A stretch of DNA of 33,908 nt, taken from positions 1 to 33,908 of IMG/VR virus record IMGVR_UViG_3300035670_000784; one strand, 5' to 3'. This DNA comes from a virus (Duplodnaviria > Caudoviricetes). The translations under genes and the position numbers were made by a program. How positions within the stretch are numbered: position 1 is the first letter of the stretch; each line of letters starts with the position of its first letter. The notes under the pieces were generated by a model, which did no database searches, was not told the origin of the DNA, and worked only from the letters and a program-made list of their open reading frames with translations. Below, piece by piece: positions 6,715 through 16,496 of this stretch.

Positions 6715-7757
6715 AAGAAGTAAAGCCGACTAAAACGTTTAGGGTGGCTTCTGTTATTGGTAAGTTTGATTTACAATCTGAAAACGTAGTTGAACACTTT
6801 AAAGGGGATATCGCTATACCTGATCAGTGGCAAGTAGGTCTAATCGTAGGAAAAAGCGGAACAGGAAAAACTACAATAGCTAAACAATTATTTGAAGATG
6901 CTTATGTAACATCCTATGAATACACGAAAGAAACTGTATTAGATGATATGCCAAAAGAATGTAGTGTAGAAGAAATTACATCAGCATTCAATTCAGTAGG
7001 CTTTTCAAGTCCACCGAGTTGGTTAAAACCTTATTCTGTACTAAGTAATGGACAAAAGATGCGAGTAGATTTAGCTCGTGCCATTTTAGAAAAAAACAAA
7101 CTATTTGTATTTGATGAGTTTACAAGCGTAGTAGATAGAAACGTAGCTCAGATTGGTTCATTTGCTATGCAGAAAGCAATCAGAAAGACGGATAAAAAAT
7201 TTATAGCAGTTACTTGTCACTTTGACGTACAAGATTGGCTGCTTCCAGATTGGGTATTTAATACCGATACAATGACCTTTCAAAGTTTTGAAGGGCAAAA
7301 AAAAAATAGACCAGATATCAAATTTGAAATATTCAATTACGGAGATAAAAGCATCTGGAAAATGTTTGCTAAGCACCATTATTTAAGTCATTCGCATAAC
7401 AACGCTGCTAATGTGTTTGTAGCTACGGTTAATGATGAAGTAGCAGGGTTTATCAGTGTACTTCATTTCCCGCATCCAAAAGTAAAGAATATGAAGAAAG
7501 TACATAGATTGGTTATATTGCCGGATTATCAAGGTGCTGGCATTGGATTGAGATTACTAAATGAAATAGGCAAGATATATAAACACGAACAACAAAGATT
7601 CAATATAATGACTTCTGCACCAAGTTTAATATTTGCATTAAAAAAATCAAAGCAATGGGATTGCGTTAGATATGGAAGAGTATCAGAAGCAAAAAAAGGA
7701 GTTTTAGAAGGGACTACTTCAAAGAACAGAATAACCGCATCATTTGAATTAAAATAA
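6693..7757 (+). CDS. ABC-type ATPase fused to a GNAT acetyltransferase
   Basis: GKSGTGKT, LSNGQ, VFDEF and CH motifs; RLVILPDYQGAGIG acetyl-CoA motif. Confidence 0.85.
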   Translation: MPTFDIIKEVKPTKTFRVASVIGKFDLQSENVVEHFKGDIAIPDQWQVGLIVGKSGTGKTTIAKQLFEDAYVTSYEYTKETVLDDMPKECSVEEITSAFNSVGFSSPPSWLKPYSVLSNGQKMRVDLARAILEKNKLFVFDEFTSVVDRNVAQIGSFAMQKAIRKTDKKFIAVTCHFDVQDWLLPDWVFNTDTMTFQSFEGQKKNRPDIKFEIFNYGDKSIWKMFAKHHYLSHSHNNAANVFVATVNDEVAGFISVLHFPHPKVKNMKKVHRLVILPDYQGAGIGLRLLNEIGKIYKHEQQRFNIMTSAPSLIFALKKSKQWDCVRYGRVSEAKKGVLEGTTSKNRITASFELK

Positions 7758-7776
7758 TTAGAAACAATTTAGACAA

Positions 7777-8103
7777 ATGGCAAACGAAGAAAACTTAATA
7801 CCTGCACAAAAAGGTGAAGTAAGAAACCCTAACGGTAGACCAAAAGGCAGTAAGAACCGCAGCACTATTGCGCGCAGGTGGTTAGAAGTTAATCAATCGC
7901 TAAAGAACCCATTGACAGGGGAAAGCGAAACAATGAGCCAAGAGGACTTAATGACGTTAGCGCTGATTAAAAAGGCACGTGAAGGAGATGTTGCAGCTTA
8001 CAAAGCTTTGATGGATTCCGGATACGGAGCACCGCTTCAGCAGATAGAACAAACAAACATAGAACAACCTTTATTCCCAGATGTTGATAACCAAAATATT
8101 TAA
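7777..8103 (+). CDS. terS: Terminase small subunit (putative)
   Basis: KGEVRNPNGRPKG...KAREGDVAAYK motif, directly upstream of terL. Confidence 0.7.
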   Translation: MANEENLIPAQKGEVRNPNGRPKGSKNRSTIARRWLEVNQSLKNPLTGESETMSQEDLMTLALIKKAREGDVAAYKALMDSGYGAPLQQIEQTNIEQPLFPDVDNQNI

Positions 8104-8106
8104 TTA

Positions 8107-9309
8107 ATGTTTAAAAGAACCACAGCGATAAACAGAATTCTTGCTCTGAAAAAACGAATTAAAATCGTTCAGGGCGGGACTTCTGCTTGTTTGCCCCCTG
8201 TGAATTAAGTAGCAGGGGGAGATAATGCAGGAAAAACATTTGGCATTTTGCCGATATTGATTGACAGAGCAATTAAACAACCTAACGTAGAGATAAGCGT
8301 AGTTGCTGAAAGTATACCGCATTTGCGTCGCGGTGCCCTTAAAGATTTCTTGAAAATTATGCGCTGGACTAACCGGTACGTAGATGCGCAGTTCAACAAA
8401 TCGCTATTAACCTACACGTTTAAAAACGGATCCTATATTGAGTTTTTCTCGGCTGATGATTCTAGCAAGCTGAGAGGAGCAAGGCGCGACGTTTTGTACA
8501 TAAACGAGTGCAACAATATTACGTTTGAGGCATACAATGAGCTTTCGATCCGTACCAAGCGCGAGATATATTTAGACTTTAACCCTGCTAATGAGTTTTG
8601 GGTACACAAGGAATTAAAAGACGAACCGGATGCAGATTTTATTATCCTTACATACAAAGACAACGAAGCACTTGATCAGAGTATTGTCACACAAATTGAA
8701 AAGAACCGTGACAAGGCTACGACGTCCAACTATTGGGCTAATTGGTGGCGCGTTTATGGTTTAGGCGAGGTCGGTATGCTAGAGGGCGTAATCTTTGAAA
8801 ATTGGAAAGAGATTGACAAGGTGCCGCAAGATGCAAGGCTGGTAGGCATAGGTCTTGACTTTGGATATACTAACGACCCGACGGCTATTATTGAAGTATA
8901 CAATTGGAACGGCAAGCGAATTGTAAACGAATTAGTTTACCGCACAGGGATGTTAAATTCAGACATAGCAAAGGCGCTACCTTCCGGCGTTATTATTTAC
9001 GCGGATAGCTCAGAACCGAAATCAATTGATGAGATTAAGCGCTACGGAAAGACGATCAAAGGAGTAACTAAAGGCAAAGACTCTATTAATTACGGAATAG
9101 ATGTAATGCAGCAGCAGGAGTATCTAGTAACCAAGCAAAGCACCAACCTAATCAAAGAACTTCGCGCGTACTGCTGGGATGTTGATCGAGCAGGCAACAG
9201 AGGCCGTAACCCTGCTGGAGGATTGGATCACGGTATTGATGCGCTGAGATACCACGAGATGGAAACGCTAGGCCTAAAGAAAAACTACGGCAACTATAAC
9301 ATACGCTAA
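8107..9309 (+). CDS. terL: Terminase large subunit (PBSX-like), interrupted by a 42-nt in-frame insert with TAA at 8206-8208
   Basis: ATG 8107 is in frame with track ORF 8248: IVQGGTSA[insert]GKT Walker A, LYINE Walker B, DFNP, GLDFGYTNDP, YADS, DHGIDALRY. Confidence 0.9.
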
Positions 9310-9476
9310 TGGCAGAAGATTATACCAAAGCGATGTGTTTTATTGTAGAGCAGTATATCTGGCAGCGTACCGGAAAACGGATAAGAATTGTATTTAATGA
9401 TCAGGCAAAAATGCGCGTACATTTAACGATGTTACGGGAGGCTTACAACTACGTGCAACAACTAACAAAAAAATAA
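9309..9476 (+). CDS. Small hypothetical protein (55 aa)
   Basis: MAEDYTKAMCFIVEQYIWQRTGKRIRI...; TAATG overlap. Not in the track. Confidence 0.55.
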   Translation: MAEDYTKAMCFIVEQYIWQRTGKRIRIVFNDQAKMRVHLTMLREAYNYVQQLTKK

Positions 9477-9479
9477 GTT
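9455..9479 (+). promoter_or_regulatory. Putative late promoter GCAAC-N15-AAGTT, copy 1
   Basis: Same motif and spacing at 16464, 17589 and 19871. Confidence 0.7.
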
Positions 9480-9487
9480 ATACAGAT

Positions 9488-10251
9488 ATGGAATTGCAAA
9501 TAAACGTACCTACTTCGCTTAACGAAATACCGTTGAAACATTACGTAGATTTCCTAAAAGTACAGGAGGGTTCAAACGATGAGGAATTTGTAGCCCAAAA
9601 GATGATCGAAATATTTTGCGGTATCCGGTTAATTGACGTAGCTAAAATAAAGCTCACGTCATTAAATGAAATGGTTGCGCACTTTACGCAGCTATTCGAA
9701 CAGAAGCCTAAATTTCAGCAGACCTTTAAAATTGGAGATATTGAGTTTGGTTTTATTCCTAATTTAGAGGAGATTACTTTTGGCGAGTACGTAGATTTAG
9801 AAAACCATTTGCAGAGCTGGGATAGTTTCAACAAGGCAATGGCAGTTATGTACAGGCCTATCAAAAGACGAATTAAAGATAAGTACGAGATACAGGAATA
9901 CTCCGGTACAAAAGAATATCAGGATTTGATGCAGTATGCTCCGCTGGATGTTTGTATAGCAGCATCGGTTTTTTTTTACAATTTAAGCAACGAATTACTA
10001 GCGGCTACCCTGAACTATTTGGAGAAGGAAATAAAGAAGGATCCGACCATAGCAACGACTTTAGCGAAACAGCTCAATTTGCCAAGCAATGGGGATGGTA
10101 TCAGTCAATATATGGACTCGCTAAGGGAGACGTTACTAAATTCGATGAAGTTACCAAGCTCGGACTACTTAAATGTCTCACGTATCTCACGTTCGAACAC
10201 CAAAAAAACGAAATTGAAAAAAGAATCTTTGAACGCCAATTAAGACGATGA
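9488..10251 (+). CDS. Putative tail assembly chaperone with a -1 frameshift (0 frame ends 10243, -1 frame ends 10251)
   Basis: T9 run at 9969-9977; the -1 frame is open for ~92 codons and overlaps the next ATG. Confidence 0.55.
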
Positions 10252-10700
10252 ACTACTACCAAACATTAGAAACCTTACGACTGCATTTTAGCGGCGATCC
10301 GATAGTAAACCAAATTTCTCAGGGAGATATATTCGGTATTGATCTAGACAAGAAAACAATATTTCCGTTAGTTCATATAATGGTAAACAGTTCAACTGCT
10401 GAGGAGTTCGTAGTGCGCTACAATATTACTATCATGGCTATGGATATAGTCGATGCAACAAAGGAAAACGATACAGATCTATTCTACGGCATGGATAACG
10501 AAACCGATGCGTTAAACGCAATGCACGCAGTTTTAGTTAGGGCCTATAAGCTGATGAAATCCGGAAGCATTTGGGATCAGAAAGTACAAATAGAAGATAC
10601 CGCAACTTTAGAGCCGTTTGCTGAGCGCTTTGAGAATAACCTTGCAGGCTGGGCAATGACTTTTGATTTGGTGGTACCTAATGAAATGACTATCTGCTAA
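10248..10700 (+). CDS. Putative tail terminator/completion protein
   Basis: Size, FPLVHI motif and position. Confidence 0.5.
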   Translation: MNYYQTLETLRLHFSGDPIVNQISQGDIFGIDLDKKTIFPLVHIMVNSSTAEEFVVRYNITIMAMDIVDATKENDTDLFYGMDNETDALNAMHAVLVRAYKLMKSGSIWDQKVQIEDTATLEPFAERFENNLAGWAMTFDLVVPNEMTIC

Positions 10701-11239
10701 TGGAAAAGCAGGAGGTACAAAAGGCTTTAGAGCGTTTCCGTAATCACGTTGTAAGCGTTTCTAAGCGCAATTTAACGAACGGCAATAAGAACGTATCCAA
10801 GAAGCTCTATAACTCCATTAGAGGCGACGTAAAGGCTATGCCTAATAGTTTCTCGCTGCAGTTTTACATGGAAGATTACGGCGCATTTCAAGACCTAGGC
10901 GTCAAAGGTAAATCTAGTTCTGCGAAAGCTCCTAACTCACCGTTTAAATTCGGATCAGGTACCGGACGAAAAGGCGGATTAACTGAAGGCATTAAAGAAT
11001 GGGTACGAAAGCGCCGGTTTCAATTTAATGATAAAAAGACCGGTAAATTCTTGAGCTACGAATCAACTGCGTTTCTGATCACTCGCGGAATTTACAATAA
11101 AGGAATCAGGCCCAGCATGTTTTTTACTAAACCTTTTGAAGCTGCTTATAAAAACCTTCCGGATGAGCTAGTGGAATCTTTTGCTCTGGATACTCAAAAA
11201 TTATTTGATCAACAAATTGACAATATACTTAAGAAATAA
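10700..11239 (+). CDS. Putative tail completion/neck protein (HK97 gp10-like)
   Basis: KLYNSI...YGAFQDLG...GIRPSMFF; basic protein. Confidence 0.5.
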   Translation: MEKQEVQKALERFRNHVVSVSKRNLTNGNKNVSKKLYNSIRGDVKAMPNSFSLQFYMEDYGAFQDLGVKGKSSSAKAPNSPFKFGSGTGRKGGLTEGIKEWVRKRRFQFNDKKTGKFLSYESTAFLITRGIYNKGIRPSMFFTKPFEAAYKNLPDELVESFALDTQKLFDQQIDNILKK

Positions 11240-12288
11240 TGGCAACAATTAACGCGCGGAATCCGTACATAGTTACGATAAACGAAACCTCACAGATAGA
11301 AACCAAGTTAGAAATCTATCTTTGGAATGGCACAGGCTCAATGCCTGCTTCTCCTGCTTACACATTAAGCAAGAAGATACCTTCGTCGAATAATCCTGCG
11401 ACTTACTACGACGTTTCGCCATATATCCGAGAGTACATAGACCACGATACGCTGCAAACGATTACAAACGTATTTACGGCTACTCCTTCAACACAATGGT
11501 GCAACGTAGGCTTAAAGCTATTTAAGAAAATTAGTACGTCTTTTGTTCAGGTGGGAAGCACTCAAACGCATTTTGGTGTTGACGGCTACGGCTATTATGA
11601 GGAAGGCTATAACCCTGCTCTCGGTAACTATCTGCTCTCATCAGGTACATATACCTACAACTATGATTTGAGCGGTGAATACGGATGGCTAACGCTATAC
11701 ACAGGCAGCGGAAACTCTGTCAAATACACGAACCTTGCAACAGGAGCTACAACAACGACAGGACTTACAAACAACGTATGGAGAGACATTCCAAGAGTGC
11801 TTCCAACCTATGCAGCGGATGGCAATAAGTTAGAAATCATTGACGGCAGCGCAGCGGTATTATTTACGGCTACGTTTCAACCGAAAGAGGAATGTAAATA
11901 CACGCCAGTTCAAGTTGACTTTGTGAATAAGTTTGGAGCTTGGCAACGTGAGTGGTTCTTTAAGGCGAGCAACGATAGTTTGGCAGTTGAAAACACGGAG
12001 TATAATTTGATGCCGAGTAGTTACCCTGCCTACAATCAAAAAGAAGGGCAGCGACAGGTGTTTAATGCAAACGGAAAGAAATCCATTCGAGTAAATACTG
12101 ACTGGGTTAGCGAAAGTTTTAAAGAGGTTATAACGCAGTTGATGCTATCGGAAAGAATCCTTATCAACAAGAAGCCTGCTAAACTAAACACCAAAAACAC
12201 GGAGTTATTCAAGAGCATAAATACCCATATGATTAACTACCAACTTGAGTTTGAATTTGCTTATGACGTTATCAATTCAGTAGTGTAA
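11239..12288 (+). CDS. Tail/baseplate structural protein
   Basis: 349 aa, beta-rich, in the tail module. Confidence 0.55.
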   Translation: MATINARNPYIVTINETSQIETKLEIYLWNGTGSMPASPAYTLSKKIPSSNNPATYYDVSPYIREYIDHDTLQTITNVFTATPSTQWCNVGLKLFKKISTSFVQVGSTQTHFGVDGYGYYEEGYNPALGNYLLSSGTYTYNYDLSGEYGWLTLYTGSGNSVKYTNLATGATTTTGLTNNVWRDIPRVLPTYAADGNKLEIIDGSAAVLFTATFQPKEECKYTPVQVDFVNKFGAWQREWFFKASNDSLAVENTEYNLMPSSYPAYNQKEGQRQVFNANGKKSIRVNTDWVSESFKEVITQLMLSERILINKKPAKLNTKNTELFKSINTHMINYQLEFEFAYDVINSVV

Positions 12289-14555
12289 TGAGAAAAGTAC
12301 AACTCTACATAGAAGGCAACCGCATTGAGTTATTCAATGACGAACAGATACAGGTAACAAGCTCTATTCAAAACGTTCAAGATATTTCTAAAACGTTTAC
12401 GGATTTCTCGCAAGGATTTACCGTGCCTGCGTCGGATGTTAACAACGCATTTTTTGAGCATTGGTATAATTCAGATATTGATTTCACAACGGATAACAAC
12501 CTACGAAAAGACGCATACATAGAAATAAACCTAAGCACCTTTCGTAAGGGCAAAGTACAATTAGACGGAGCAACGCTAACTAACGGCAAACCGAGTTCTT
12601 ACAAACTAACTTTCTACGGAGAAGGGGTAACGCTTAAAGATACCTTTGGTGAGGACTTGCTTTCAGATTTGGACTATACGGCATATGCTCACGATTTTAC
12701 TTCTGCTGAGGTTTTAGCGCGCATTGAGGATGCCACTAACACTTACGATGTAAAGTATCCGCTAATCACGTCAAATCGCATTTGGCAATACCAGGCAGTA
12801 CCACCAAACGCACCACTTCCAAATTGGTTAGTGTCTACCCTAACGCAAAACGATATTCACACGACTTCAGGAGCGATTTACAAAGAGGAGTTGTTTCCTG
12901 CGCTGCGAGTTGCAAGAATATTTGACGAAATACAAAACAAGTACGGAATCACTTTTCAAGGCGCTTTCTTACAAGATGAGCGTTTCACGGATTTGTTTTT
13001 ATGGTATAAAGGCAAGGAGACATTGGTTCAGTATTCAATTGCGTATGATTTAACTTCTACTTCGGTTACACCGACGTTTACAACATATGACCTCACCAAT
13101 ACCTATACGGCAGCGACAAACACAATACAAGTACAAGAAATTGCAGGCGTCTTTTTGCATAATTTAAAATACAACGTAACATCTGCAAGCACTGCTGAAA
13201 ATTACTACATTGACATTTACCAAAACGGAAACCTTTATAACACAATTCAAGGTTTAGGAACGGGTAATTATGTGATAGATACAATCACTCAAACGGTAGG
13301 TTTAAATGTAGAGTATACAATTCAAATACGAACTGAAGGTACAAATACCATTGCATCAAATTGGCGCTATGAAGTGAGCTACGTTAGTTCTTCTGCGGTG
13401 CTGATTGATTACCTTACCATAGGTTACTCATCGTTAGCGATGTCCTCAATTATTAATCTTGCAGCAAACGCACCTGTTATGAAGGTAGCGGATTTCTTCG
13501 CAGGGATTTTGAAGGTGTTTAATATGACGGTCTACTCAATTACGGATGGTGAGTATTGGGTTGAACCTTTGGATGACTGGTATTCGAAAGGCGCAGTTGT
13601 AGACGTTTCCGAGTACGTTGACGTAAATACGATTGAACAAACAAGAATGCCGCTCTATAAAAAGATTTCTTTTAAGTACCAAGATTCCGAGTGCTTCCTA
13701 AACAAGAACTTTTCGCAGACATTTAGCAGAAGCTACGGAGACGCGACATATCAGTATAATTATGACGGCGGTGAGTTTACGGTTGAAGTGCCTTTCGAGA
13801 ATTTACTACAACAGAAATTTAACGGCACGCAGGTACTGCAAGTTGGCTATTCTTTGAACTCAGAATATACTCCTTACATACCTAAGCCTGTTTTATTATA
13901 TCAGTACCGCAACCAAACGTGCGATTTCAAATGGGTTAACGATGGTGGAGGTCATAGCACGGTTGTAGACTACACGCCATTCGGGCAGGATTTGCTCTAC
14001 AATAACACGGACTATACTCTAAACTTTGCACCCGAAACAAGCACGATACTTGACTACCCTGTACAAAACACGCTATTTGCTAATTACTATTTCAGTTACC
14101 TGTACAATCTTTACAATTTAAAGCAGCGTTTGGTTAGTGTCAAGGCAAAACTACCTGTGAGCTTATTAACGGGATTGCAGTTAAACGACAGGCTTGTAAT
14201 CAGAGATAGAAGGTATATTATAAACGAGATGAAAACGAACCTAACTACAGGCGACGCAGACCTTCAACTCATCTTGGATTTTAGACCGATTGTAAACTCT
14301 ACAAACCCAAACCCGAAAGTATCTACTGAAGGAGGAACGGTCAAGTATGTAATCAACCTACCAAATAACGCATTGGAAGCGGAGTTTTCTTGCAGCAATA
14401 CGGACGTAACATTTTCACCAAATCCGATGACGGCAAGCGGTATTTTGACAATAGGTTTACCAAGCGGGGCAGCAGGTACGGTTTACACTATTGACATAGT
14501 TTACCAAAACACGGACGGAAGCGCATCAACTGAATCTTTTTACATAATACAATGA
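12288..14555 (+). CDS. Large tail tip/baseplate protein
   Basis: 755 aa; N-terminal QDISK..TDFSQGFTVPAS..NN..F motif typical of tail proteins. Confidence 0.6.
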   Translation: MRKVQLYIEGNRIELFNDEQIQVTSSIQNVQDISKTFTDFSQGFTVPASDVNNAFFEHWYNSDIDFTTDNNLRKDAYIEINLSTFRKGKVQLDGATLTNGKPSSYKLTFYGEGVTLKDTFGEDLLSDLDYTAYAHDFTSAEVLARIEDATNTYDVKYPLITSNRIWQYQAVPPNAPLPNWLVSTLTQNDIHTTSGAIYKEELFPALRVARIFDEIQNKYGITFQGAFLQDERFTDLFLWYKGKETLVQYSIAYDLTSTSVTPTFTTYDLTNTYTAATNTIQVQEIAGVFLHNLKYNVTSASTAENYYIDIYQNGNLYNTIQGLGTGNYVIDTITQTVGLNVEYTIQIRTEGTNTIASNWRYEVSYVSSSAVLIDYLTIGYSSLAMSSIINLAANAPVMKVADFFAGILKVFNMTVYSITDGEYWVEPLDDWYSKGAVVDVSEYVDVNTIEQTRMPLYKKISFKYQDSECFLNKNFSQTFSRSYGDATYQYNYDGGEFTVEVPFENLLQQKFNGTQVLQVGYSLNSEYTPYIPKPVLLYQYRNQTCDFKWVNDGGGHSTVVDYTPFGQDLLYNNTDYTLNFAPETSTILDYPVQNTLFANYYFSYLYNLYNLKQRLVSVKAKLPVSLLTGLQLNDRLVIRDRRYIINEMKTNLTTGDADLQLILDFRPIVNSTNPNPKVSTEGGTVKYVINLPNNALEAEFSCSNTDVTFSPNPMTASGILTIGLPSGAAGTVYTIDIVYQNTDGSASTESFYIIQ

Positions 14556-14713
14556 TAAAGCAAATAATTTCAATGCTGCAACTTAGCGACTTTTACGGAG
14601 AATCCGAGTTGATAGACATAGCCAAAGGAAAACACGAATTAACCACGTCTATGAAAAAAATGTGGAAACAAGGAAAACGACAACTAACAATTCAAAAAAA
14701 TGGCAGAGGTTAA
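14552..14713 (+). CDS. Small hypothetical protein (53 aa)
   Basis: MIKQIISMLQLSDFYGESELIDIAKGK...; ATGA overlap. Not in the track. Confidence 0.55.
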   Translation: MIKQIISMLQLSDFYGESELIDIAKGKHELTTSMKKMWKQGKRQLTIQKNGRG

Positions 14714-16475
14714 AACTATAAAAATAGACGTCGATACTAAACAGGCAGTTGATGCAATGGAGAACCTCTCCAAAGCTACTAACGATGTTAACAAGAGCTT
14801 TGAGGAAGTATACGGAGACTTACAACCGCTTACCACTCGTATGGGTGAGGCAGAAGATAGGTTATATGAATTAGCCAACGCAGGGCAAACTGCTACTCAA
14901 GAATACAAGGACTTATTAACAACAGTAGGAAACTATCGAAAAGTCCAAATCCAAACGGATATGGCAGTTGATGCTGCTGCAAGTACAATGTCTCAAAAAC
15001 TTGGTGGTGCTTTGGGAGGTGCAACTGCAGGTTTTCAACTTGTACAAGGCGCTATGGGCGCTTTTGGTGCTGAATCAGCTGAAGTAGAGGAGGCATTGCT
15101 TAAAGTTCAGTCGGCAATGGCTATTGCTGATGGTGTTAGAGGATTCCGTGAGGCTATACCATCAATCAAGGCTTTTGGTTCGGCTATGAAAGCGGCTATC
15201 GGTTCAACTGGTATAGGTTTACTTGTTGTAGCGTTAGGTACTCTTGCGGCAACTTGGGATAATATCAAAGCGGCGGTTAGTGGTGTAAGCGATGAGCAAT
15301 CTAAACTCAACGCAAAGACGGATGCAAACGTACTTGCTCAACAAAAGAAATACGATACAATATCAGGTCAGGATAATATCTTAAAACTACAAGGTAAATC
15401 CGAGCGCGATATTTTAAGAATTAAGCAAACGCAAATTCAAGCCGTAATTAAGGCAACGGAGGCGCAGTTAGTTAATCAGGAAGCAACTAAAAAGGCGCAA
15501 GTTGATGCTGCAAAACGAAACCAAGAAATTCTAACAGGTATACTTACTTTCTTAACTGCTCCGCTTCAGTTGTTACTTGGAACGGTTGATATGGTTGGTA
15601 AGGCATTAGGCAAAGATTTTAACTTGCGCGAAGGTCTAAACAAAAGCATCACAGGTTTAATATTTAATCCTAAAGAAACTGCTGACGAAGCTGATAAAGT
15701 AATCGAAGAAACTAAAACCAAGTTAGCCCAACTAAAAAACGAAGCCGCAGGATTTACGATTGCGCTAAAGGAAATGGATAAACCTGCCGAAAAGGTAGTT
15801 ACCAAATCTGCTGATAAAGTTGTTGAAGAGGCAGAGAAAGAGGTTTCTATTCTCCAAGATATGGAGGTTAAAAAACTTGACATTCGTAAAGCTACTTTAG
15901 ACAAAACGTTAGAGTTTCAAAAGTTAGAAAACGAAGGACTAAAAGACGGATTGCAATTAAAATTAGACATAGCTAAAGCAGAGAAGGAAATTCAAAAGCA
16001 AAAGATTGCTGATATGAATGAAGCCCTGCAAGCCACGTCTGATACTCTTGGTCAAGTTGCAGACCTATTCGGTAGAGAAAGTGCAGCAGGTAAAGCCGCA
16101 GCAATTGCTCAAGCCACTATAGACACATATCTATCAGCTCAAAAGGCATATACGGCAACTATTGGAGTTCCAATTGTAGGTCCTGTACTTGCGCCTATAA
16201 ACGCAGGTTTGGCTATTGCAGCAGGTATCAAAAACATTAAGGCAATTACGGCAGTAAAAGTTCCGAATGCTGGAGGCGGCGGCGGTGGTGGAAACCTCAG
16301 TAATTCTTTTGGAGGTTCAGCAGCTCAAGCACCAAACTTTAATGTCGTAGGTAATTCAGGAATGAATCAGCTTGCGCAAATCCAACAACAACCAATCCAA
16401 GCTTATGTTGTCAGCGGTGAGGTAACTTCTGCTCAGGCACTTGACCGCAATAGAATTAAAAACGCAACGTTATAA
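14700..16475 (+). CDS. Tape measure protein
   Basis: Ala/Lys-rich helical protein with hydrophobic segments (GSTGIGLLVVALG). Confidence 0.7.
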   Translation: MAEVKTIKIDVDTKQAVDAMENLSKATNDVNKSFEEVYGDLQPLTTRMGEAEDRLYELANAGQTATQEYKDLLTTVGNYRKVQIQTDMAVDAAASTMSQKLGGALGGATAGFQLVQGAMGAFGAESAEVEEALLKVQSAMAIADGVRGFREAIPSIKAFGSAMKAAIGSTGIGLLVVALGTLAATWDNIKAAVSGVSDEQSKLNAKTDANVLAQQKKYDTISGQDNILKLQGKSERDILRIKQTQIQAVIKATEAQLVNQEATKKAQVDAAKRNQEILTGILTFLTAPLQLLLGTVDMVGKALGKDFNLREGLNKSITGLIFNPKETADEADKVIEETKTKLAQLKNEAAGFTIALKEMDKPAEKVVTKSADKVVEEAEKEVSILQDMEVKKLDIRKATLDKTLEFQKLENEGLKDGLQLKLDIAKAEKEIQKQKIADMNEALQATSDTLGQVADLFGRESAAGKAAAIAQATIDTYLSAQKAYTATIGVPIVGPVLAPINAGLAIAAGIKNIKAITAVKVPNAGGGGGGGNLSNSFGGSAAQAPNFNVVGNSGMNQLAQIQQQPIQAYVVSGEVTSAQALDRNRIKNATL

Positions 16476-16488
16476 AAAAAAACAAGTT
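16464..16488 (+). promoter_or_regulatory. Putative late promoter, copy 2
   Basis: GCAAC-N15-AAGTT, ATG 8 nt downstream. Confidence 0.7.
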
Positions 16489-16496
16489 TATAGGCT

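Noticed and set aside
8206-8208. Genome-wide stop codon reassignment
   Set aside because: TAA ends most genes here, and TAG and TGA are also used as stops.
8188-8229. Intein or group I intron in terL (insert reads CL...N)
   Set aside because: It is only 14 codons with a stop, Ala rather than C/S/T follows the Asn, and no frame-restoring boundary gives both an exon-terminal U and an intron-terminal G.
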